Below, one piece after another: positions 57,484-64,000 of a stretch of DNA of 64,000 bases. The stretch covers positions 1,504,001 through 1,568,000 of the forward strand of contig OZ257156.1 in the NCBI GenBank assembly GCA_965279375.1, written 5' to 3'. The notes beneath the pieces are model-generated. The model did no database searches and was not told the origin of the DNA. It saw only the letters and a list, made by a program, of their open reading frames with translations. Both the position numbers and the translations under genes were made by a program. The DNA is from Gemmatimonas sp. (GTDB lineage: Bacteria > Gemmatimonadota > Gemmatimonadetes > Gemmatimonadales > Gemmatimonadaceae). Within the stretch, counting starts at the first letter, position 1, and each line of letters starts with the position of its first letter.

Positions 57484-59787
57484 ATGTTGCCGTACAAGAA
57501 TGCTGCGCTTTCCGCCGCGGCCCGCGCGGCGGACCTGCTGTCTCGGATGACAGTGGAGGAGAAGGCGGCGCAGATGATGTGTGTCTGGCAGGACAAGCGC
57601 ACGACGCTGCTGGGTGCGGATGGAAACTTCGACGTGAACGTCGCGCGGCGGGCGTTCGCGTCGGGGCATGGTCTTGGGCAGGTGGGACGTCCAAGCGATG
57701 CAGGCAGTACGCCCACCACGCCTGCCGACGGCAAGACGGCGCGTGGGCAAGCCGAGCTGACCAACGCGATTCAGCGGTTCTTCATCGAGGAAAGTCGGCT
57801 TGGCATTCCGGTCGTCTTTCACGAGGAATGTCTGCACGGTCAGGCGGCGGTGGGCGCGACGAGTTTCCCGCAGCCGATCGGGCTGGCGGCGACGTTTAAC
57901 CCGGCGCTGGTCGAGTCGTTGTACGCGATGACCGCGGAGGAGGCGCGTTCGCGAGGGACGCATCTCGCGCTCACGCCCGTGGTGGACATCGCGCGTGACC
58001 CGCGCTGGGGACGCGTGGAAGAGACGTTCGGCGAGGATCCACATCTCGTCACGCGCATGGGCATTGCTGCCGTGCGCGGCTTTCAGGGCGATGCGACGTT
58101 CCGCGACAAGACGCGCGTGATGGCGACGCTCAAGCACTTCGTTGCGCATGGGCAGCCGGAGGGCGGACAGAACTGCGCGCCCACGAACGTGTCGCAGCGC
58201 GAGCTGTACGAAGTGTTCCTGCCGCCGTTCAAGGCGGCGGTGCAGGAAGCCGGTGCGATCAGCGTCATGGCGTCATACAACGAAGTGGATGGTGTGCCAT
58301 CGCATGCGAACCGTTGGCTGCTGCGCGATATGCTGCGGAATGCGTGGGGCTTCACCGGCTTCGTGGTCAGCGACTACTACGCGATCTGGGAGTTGCACTA
58401 TCGCCCGGATACGCACGGGCACTTTGTCGCGCACGACAAGCGCGAGGCATGCGCTCTGGCCGTGCAGGCCGGCGTGAACATCGAGCTCCCCGAGCCCGAC
58501 TGCTACACGCATCTCACGGCACTCGTCGCCGACGGCACGCTCGCGGAATCGCAGCTGGATGAGCTGGTGGCGCCGATGCTGCGCTGGAAGTTCGCGATGG
58601 GGCTCTTCGACGATCCGTATGTCGATCCCGCCGTCGCGGAACGGGTGGTTGGATCAGCGGCGAACGCGTCGCTGGCGCGCAAGGCAGCGCAGGAAGCGAT
58701 CACGCTGCTGAAGAACGAGGGTGCTCTGCTGCCGCTATCGCTCGATACACTACGAACGATCGCGGTGGTGGGGCCCAACGCCAATGTGCCACTCCTTGGC
58801 GGCTACAGCGGTGTGCCGGAGCATCCAGTCACGGTGCTCGAGGGGATCACGGCGCGTGTTGCTGGCGCAGCAAAGGTGGTTCACGCCGAAGGGTGCCGCA
58901 TCACCATCGGCGGGTCGTGGCAGGAGGACGCGGTGGTGCCGAGCGATCCGGCAGAGGATCGCCGCATGATCGCCGAGGCTGTCGAGGCGGTGCGTGATGC
59001 GGATGTGATCGTTCTGGCGATCGGTGACAATGCGCAGACGTCGCGCGAGGCATGGTCGTTGGTGCACATGGGCGATCGTACGGCGCTGGACCTTATCGGG
59101 CAGCAGAACGAGCTGGTGGCCGCGATGGTCGCAACTGGGAAGCCTGTGGTCGCGTTGCTGTTCAACGGTCGGCCAATCTCGGCCACGTATGTTGCGGAGC
59201 AGGTGCCCGCGGTACTCGAGTGCTGGTATCTCGGGCAGGAAGCGGGACATGCCGTCGCCGACGTGCTCTTTGGCGACGTGAATCCTGGCGGGAAGCTGCC
59301 GATCTCGGTGCCGCGCTCAGTGGGGCACATTCCGGCGTTCTACAATCACAAGCCATCGGCGCGTCGCGGCTACCTGTTCGATGACGTGTCGCCGCTGTAC
59401 GCGTTCGGGTATGGGTTGAGCTATACCACCTTCGCGCTTTCGAATGTGCGGCTCGAGCACGACACAATAGCGCGTGACGGCCGCACGCGTGTGCACGTGG
59501 ATGTCACCAATACGGGATCGCGCGCGGGCACCGAGGTGGTGCAGCTGTACGTGCGCGATCTCGTGAGCACGGTGACGCGCCCGGTGAAGGAGCTCAAGGC
59601 CTTTGCGAAGGTGGCGCTCGAGGCTGGCGCAACGACTACGGTGGTGCTCGACATCACGCCCGAGTCGCTCGCCTTCTACGACTACCAGATGCAGTACGTC
59701 GTCGAGCCGGGGGAGTTCGCCATCATGGTTGGGACCTCTTCGCGCGACACCGATCTGACGACTCTGACGCTCCGCGTCAGCTCCTGA
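57484..59787 (+). CDS. GH3 beta-xylosidase/beta-glucosidase with no signal peptide
   Basis: HEECLHG, RDPRWGRVEETFGEDP, KHF, VVSDYYAI and GYGLSYTTF. AAGGAG RBS. Confidence 0.93.
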   Translation: MLPYKNAALSAAARAADLLSRMTVEEKAAQMMCVWQDKRTTLLGADGNFDVNVARRAFASGHGLGQVGRPSDAGSTPTTPADGKTARGQAELTNAIQRFFIEESRLGIPVVFHEECLHGQAAVGATSFPQPIGLAATFNPALVESLYAMTAEEARSRGTHLALTPVVDIARDPRWGRVEETFGEDPHLVTRMGIAAVRGFQGDATFRDKTRVMATLKHFVAHGQPEGGQNCAPTNVSQRELYEVFLPPFKAAVQEAGAISVMASYNEVDGVPSHANRWLLRDMLRNAWGFTGFVVSDYYAIWELHYRPDTHGHFVAHDKREACALAVQAGVNIELPEPDCYTHLTALVADGTLAESQLDELVAPMLRWKFAMGLFDDPYVDPAVAERVVGSAANASLARKAAQEAITLLKNEGALLPLSLDTLRTIAVVGPNANVPLLGGYSGVPEHPVTVLEGITARVAGAAKVVHAEGCRITIGGSWQEDAVVPSDPAEDRRMIAEAVEAVRDADVIVLAIGDNAQTSREAWSLVHMGDRTALDLIGQQNELVAAMVATGKPVVALLFNGRPISATYVAEQVPAVLECWYLGQEAGHAVADVLFGDVNPGGKLPISVPRSVGHIPAFYNHKPSARRGYLFDDVSPLYAFGYGLSYTTFALSNVRLEHDTIARDGRTRVHVDVTNTGSRAGTEVVQLYVRDLVSTVTRPVKELKAFAKVALEAGATTTVVLDITPESLAFYDYQMQYVVEPGEFAIMVGTSSRDTDLTTLTLRVSS

Positions 59788-59809
59788 CCGTTCCCGCATC
59801 CCGTTCGAC

Positions 59810-61189
59810 ATGTCACAGGACTCAGAGAAGCTGTCGGTGAAGGAGAAGATTGGCTACGGCATCGGTGATGCTGCAGCCAACTTCATCTTTCAGACGATGA
59901 TCATCTTCCAGCTCGCCTTCTATACCGACACGTTCGGTATCACGGCGGCGGCGGCTGGAACGCTGTTCCTCGTCGTTCGGGTGTTCGATGCGGTCTTCGA
60001 TCCGTTGATGGGCATCGTTGCTGATCGCACGAACACGCGATGGGGAAAGTTCCGTCCATGGATTCTCTGGACTGCGGTGCCGTTTGGCGTCATGGGGTGG
60101 CTCACCTTCAGCACGCCGGACCTGAGCGCCAGCGGCAAGCTGATGTACGCCTACATCACGTACATCGTGCTCATGATGGTGTACTCGGCGAACAACCTGC
60201 CGTACTCTGCGTTGAGCGGCGTGATGACGGGCAACATCGGCGAGCGCACGAGCCTGTCGTCGTATCGCTTTGTCTGCGCAATGTTGGCGCAGTTGGTCAT
60301 CCAGGGCGCTGCGTTGCCGATGGTGCACTACTTCGGACAGGGTAACGACGCCAAGGGGTATCAGGCCACCATCGGCGTGTTCTCGGTGCTGGCGGTGATC
60401 TTCTTCGTGATCACGTTCTTCACGACAAAGGAGCGCATTCTTCCTCCGCCCGATCAGAAGTCCTCGATCGCGCAGGACTTTGGCGACTTGCTCAAGAATG
60501 GCCCGTGGATCGCGATGTTTGCGCTCACGGTTGTGCTGTTCGTGACGCTGGCGCTGCGTGGTGGTGTGATGCTCTACTACTTCAAGTACTATCTCGTTCG
60601 CGAAGATCTGTTCAGCCTCTTCAACGTGCTGGGCACCGGCGCGACCATCGTTGGCGTGTTGCTCTCCAAGCCGATGTCGCTGCGCTTCGGCAAGCGGAAT
60701 CTGTTCATCGCCGGATTGCTGGCGACGGTGGTATTCACGGCGGCGTTCGCGTTGCTGCCGCCCGCGTCCATCTCACTGATTGTGGCGACCGAGATGCTGC
60801 GTCAGTTCGCCTATGGCTTCACCATTCCGCTTCTGTGGGCGATGATGGCGGACGTGGCTGACTTCTCCGAGTGGAAGACACGCCGCCGCGCGACGGGCGT
60901 GGTGTTCTCGGCGATCGTGTTCGGACTCAAGGCGGGACTGGGCGTCGGCGGCGCGATTGGCGGCTACGTGCTCTCGGCGTACGGCTACGTGCCCAACGTT
61001 GCGCAGAGCGCATCGGCGCTGGATGGTATTCGGCTGAGCGCGAGTCTCTTCCCCGCAATCGGCTTCCTGTTGTGCGTGGTGTGTCTCTACTTCTATCGCA
61101 TCGATCGATCGATGGAAGTGCAAATCACCGAAGAGCTGACCGAACGCCGCAAGGGCTTTGGCGATACGCTCGTCGCGGCGGGCGCATGA
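59810..61189 (+). CDS. GPH-family (glycoside-pentoside-hexuronide) MFS cation symporter
   Basis: EKIGYGIGD, DAVFDPLMGIVADRT.TRWGKFRPW, NLPYSAL and ERT, with about 12 TM helices. Confidence 0.92.
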   Translation: MSQDSEKLSVKEKIGYGIGDAAANFIFQTMIIFQLAFYTDTFGITAAAAGTLFLVVRVFDAVFDPLMGIVADRTNTRWGKFRPWILWTAVPFGVMGWLTFSTPDLSASGKLMYAYITYIVLMMVYSANNLPYSALSGVMTGNIGERTSLSSYRFVCAMLAQLVIQGAALPMVHYFGQGNDAKGYQATIGVFSVLAVIFFVITFFTTKERILPPPDQKSSIAQDFGDLLKNGPWIAMFALTVVLFVTLALRGGVMLYYFKYYLVREDLFSLFNVLGTGATIVGVLLSKPMSLRFGKRNLFIAGLLATVVFTAAFALLPPASISLIVATEMLRQFAYGFTIPLLWAMMADVADFSEWKTRRRATGVVFSAIVFGLKAGLGVGGAIGGYVLSAYGYVPNVAQSASALDGIRLSASLFPAIGFLLCVVCLYFYRIDRSMEVQITEELTERRKGFGDTLVAAGA

Positions 61190-62427
61190 GCACCTGCACC
61201 TCGAATGCCGCGAGCTCGCGCATCAACTCGCGTATCAACTCACGCAGCAACTCGCGCGTGACGGCGAGTGGCATTGCATTGACCTGCCTCGCGGCTCTTG
61301 GTGCGTGCGCTGGCTCGAGCGCTGTTGTGCCGGCGGCGGCTCCGACACCCATCCCCGCGCGCGCGGCGGCCAACGTTCCCCGGTTGGCTGATGTCTTCAA
61401 GGATCAGTTCAAGATCGGTGCGGCGATCAACGCGACACAGATCATGGAGCGCGATCCGGCCGGTAACGCGCTGGTCGAAGCGCAGTACAACACCATCTCG
61501 CCGGAGAACATCCTCAAGTGGGAAGTCGTGCACCCCAAGCCGGGGCAATACGACTTCACGTTGGCCGACAAGTTCGTGGCGTATGGCGAAGCAAAGAGGA
61601 TGTTCATCGTCGGGCATACGCTCGTCTGGCACAGCCAGACGCCGAGCTGGGTGTTTCAGGACTCGAGTGGTGCCGCGCTGACTCGCGACGCGCTCATCGA
61701 GCGGATGCGTGATCACATCCACACCGTTGTCGGTCGATACAAGGGGCGCATCAACGGGTGGGATGTGGCGAATGAAGTGCTCGAGGAAGACGGCACCATG
61801 CGCAAGTCGTCTTGGCTGCGAATCATCGGCGACGACTTTGTGGAAGTGGCCTTCGGGTTCGCGCGTGAGGCCGATCCGAACGTTGAGCTGTACTACAACG
61901 ACTATTCGCTGGAGAATCCGGCAAAGCGCGCTGGAGCGGTAGCGCTGATCAAGCGATTGCAGGCGAAGGGGATTCCCGTCAAGGCGATCGGCATGCAGGC
62001 GCATTTCAAGATGGATTGGCCGTCGGTGGGGCTCGAAGATTCCACGATCGCCATGTTCGCTGCGCTGGGTGTGAAGGTGAACATGACGGAGCTCGACATC
62101 GATGTGCTTCCGCAGGCCGTTCGATCAAATGGTGCCGACGTTGCCACGCGCGGCCGCAACAGTGCGGCGATGAATCCGTACGTGCGCGGACTGCCTGCCG
62201 ACAAGCAGGAAGCGCTCGCGCGACGCTATCGCGAGATGTTCGAAGTGTTCCTCAAGCATCAGGACGTCATCGATCGCGTGACATTCTGGGGCGTTGCTGA
62301 TGGTGACTCCTGGCTGAACAACTGGCCCGTGCGAGGCCGCACCGCGTATCCGTTGCTGTTCGATCGCTCGCACGAGGCCAAGCGCGCCTTCGATGCGGTG
62401 ATCTCGACGATGCGTCGCGTTCCATGA
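61186..62427 (+). CDS. GH10 endo-1,4-beta-xylanase, lipoprotein
   Basis: LGAC lipobox, PENILKW, GHTLVWHSQ, WDVANE, YYNDY and TELD. ATGA overlap. Confidence 0.94.
   Translation: MSTCTSNAASSRINSRINSRSNSRVTASGIALTCLAALGACAGSSAVVPAAAPTPIPARAAANVPRLADVFKDQFKIGAAINATQIMERDPAGNALVEAQYNTISPENILKWEVVHPKPGQYDFTLADKFVAYGEAKRMFIVGHTLVWHSQTPSWVFQDSSGAALTRDALIERMRDHIHTVVGRYKGRINGWDVANEVLEEDGTMRKSSWLRIIGDDFVEVAFGFAREADPNVELYYNDYSLENPAKRAGAVALIKRLQAKGIPVKAIGMQAHFKMDWPSVGLEDSTIAMFAALGVKVNMTELDIDVLPQAVRSNGADVATRGRNSAAMNPYVRGLPADKQEALARRYREMFEVFLKHQDVIDRVTFWGVADGDSWLNNWPVRGRTAYPLLFDRSHEAKRAFDAVISTMRRVP
61213..61260 (+). repeat. Four imperfect 12-bp tandem repeats in the GH10 leader
   Basis: AGCTCGCGCATC / AACTCGCGTATC / AACTCACGCAGC / AACTCGCGCGTG, encoding SSRI-NSRI-NSRS-NSRV. 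Confidence 0.8.
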
Positions 62428-63551
62428 TGCGGACACGACCGCACGCAATGCGCGGCGCCTTCTGCGTAGCCCTGAGCGCGACTCTGTTGGCCGCTGCGTG
62501 CGGTGGCGGCGCTGATGGTCCAACGTTGCCGCCCACGCCGGTGATACCCGTAACGCCTCCCGCGCCGGCGGTGGTGACCCCACTGCGTACGCTCGCCGAA
62601 ACGCGTGGCTTGCGTATTCGAATCGGCGCCGCGGCCGGATCGCTCTTCAACACTACGGACGCAACGGGGCAGCAGTTCATGAAGACGTTGGCGGACGAGT
62701 TCAACGCGCTCACGCCAGAGAACGAAATGAAGTTTGGCGCGTTGCAGCCGAGTCGCGGGGTGTTTCGGTATACGCGCCCGGACTCGATGGTGGCGTTTGC
62801 AAAGGCGAACAACATGCAAGTGCGCGGGCACACGCTCGCCTGGCACAGTCAGCTGCCGTCGTGGATCACCAGCGGCACGTGGACTGCGACTGAGGCAAAG
62901 CAGTTGCTCGATGCACACATCGGCGCTGTCGTGTCTCACTACAAGGGACAGTTGGCCGCATGGGATGTGGTGAACGAGGCGTGGACCGATGGCGCGCCGA
63001 CACTGCGCCCGGGCTTCTGGTCTGACCGGTTGGGGCGCGGATACGTGGAGCAGGCGTTTCGCACGGCGTACGCGGCGGACTCCACGACGCCTCTGTACTA
63101 CAACGACTACAACATCGAGCCGGTCAACGCGAAGTCCGACAGTGTCTATGCAATGCTGTCCGATCTGAAGCGTCGTGGTGTGCCGGTGCACGGCGTTGGC
63201 ATGCAGATGCATCTCATTGCTGGATCGCTGCCGTCGATTGCGTCAGTGGCGGAGAACTTTGCTCGCTTCGCCGCGCTGGGGCTCAAGATCCAGATCACGG
63301 AAATGGACATTCGACTTCAGACGCCCTCCACGCCGACAACGCTGGCCACACAGGCGCAGAACTATCGCGACATCCTCAACGTCTGTCTGCAACAGTCCGC
63401 GTGCAACATGGTGGTCACGTGGGGCGTCAGCGACCGCGCGTCATGGATTCCGGGCACCTTTGCCGGCTTTGGTGAGGCGCTGCTGTTCGACAACGCTTTC
63501 GCGCGCAAACCGGCGTATACCGCCGTGAACGATCTGCTGGCAGGCAAATAG
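62424..63551 (+). CDS. Second GH10 endo-1,4-beta-xylanase, lipoprotein
   Basis: LAAAC-GGG lipobox, Pro/Thr linker, PENEMK, GHTLAWHSQ, WDVVNE, YYNDY and ITEMD. Confidence 0.94.
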   Translation: MMRTRPHAMRGAFCVALSATLLAAACGGGADGPTLPPTPVIPVTPPAPAVVTPLRTLAETRGLRIRIGAAAGSLFNTTDATGQQFMKTLADEFNALTPENEMKFGALQPSRGVFRYTRPDSMVAFAKANNMQVRGHTLAWHSQLPSWITSGTWTATEAKQLLDAHIGAVVSHYKGQLAAWDVVNEAWTDGAPTLRPGFWSDRLGRGYVEQAFRTAYAADSTTPLYYNDYNIEPVNAKSDSVYAMLSDLKRRGVPVHGVGMQMHLIAGSLPSIASVAENFARFAALGLKIQITEMDIRLQTPSTPTTLATQAQNYRDILNVCLQQSACNMVVTWGVSDRASWIPGTFAGFGEALLFDNAFARKPAYTAVNDLLAGK

Positions 63552-63599
63552 CGCCGGCGTTGCCCGTTCGCTTGCGCTCATCCTTTGCGGTACTGACCC

Positions 63600-64000
63600 A
63601 TGCTTCGACGAGTGAAGTTCCCGCACGCTGTCATCGCCGCCGTCGCTCTGCTGGCGTGCGCGCCATCGGCGCGTCGTCCGGGGAGTGCGCGTCCCGATCG
63701 GCAGTTGCTCTCGTCGGCGGACTTGCTCAAGGGCAACTTCATCAACGTGTACGACGCCATCGCGTCATTGCGATCGAGCTGGCTGGTCGTGCGCGGCGCT
63801 GACAGTTTCAGCAATCCGAGCGAAGTGGTGGTGTATCAGGATGCGATCAGGCTTGGCAATGCGGAGACGTTGCGTCGAGTTCCTATCCGCGATGCGAAGT
63901 ACATCCGTCACTACGACGGCGTGGCGGCCACGGCGCGCTACGGGATGGGCCATTCTGCGGGCGTGATTCTCATTTCGCTGTTCTCGAGTCCACCACCGCC
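63600..64000 (+). CDS. Small lipoprotein resembling a stand-alone TonB-receptor plug domain, 3'-truncated
   Basis: Absent from the ORF track because there is no stop in the window. Manual translation: MLRRVKFPHAVIAAVALLAC...NVYDAIASLRSSWL...VVVYQDAIRLG..ETLRRVP...ATARYGMGHSAGVILIS. Confidence 0.7.
   Translation, partial: MLRRVKFPHAVIAAVALLACAPSARRPGSARPDRQLLSSADLLKGNFINVYDAIASLRSSWLVVRGADSFSNPSEVVVYQDAIRLGNAETLRRVPIRDAKYIRHYDGVAATARYGMGHSAGVILISLFSSPPP

Noticed and set aside
1..64000. tRNA, rRNA, IS elements, integrase, prophage or defence systems
   Set aside because: No such motifs were recognised by eye. Covariance-model and HMM scans would be needed to exclude small or divergent ones.

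Overview
High-GC (roughly two-thirds by eye), gene-dense bacterial chromosome segment. The gene families (TPR-tailed Hanks kinase, SusC/SusD pair, DUF1592/DUF1552 pair, stand-alone plug-like lipoprotein) suggest Gemmatimonadota, but that is inference. No rRNA, tRNA, CRISPR array, transposase or phage gene was recognised. From 1 to 39.8 kb there are mixed accessory genes: two acetamidase/formamidase-family proteins, a membrane LuxR next to DUF4199, trmL, an unusually ordered multicopper oxidase with thiol-redox neighbours, a Ser/Thr kinase, a DUF1592-DUF1552-ankyrin operon, several regulator/target pairs, an Ig-domain metallopeptidase lipoprotein, an acyltransferase, an ABC-F ATPase and an outer-membrane protein. 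From 39.8 to 63.6 kb there is a ~24 kb divergent xylan/glucuronoxylan utilisation locus. Its left arm is LacI, GH67, xylA, xylB, a double-esterase fusion, uxuA and GH3. Its right arm is SusC, SusD, GH3, a GPH-family transporter and two GH10 lipoproteins. A palindromic LacI-type operator lies between the arms and a near-copy lies inside the GH67 gene. All calls come from motif recognition only, with no database searches. Several start codons were moved from the ORF track using RBS, signal-peptide or overlap evidence.
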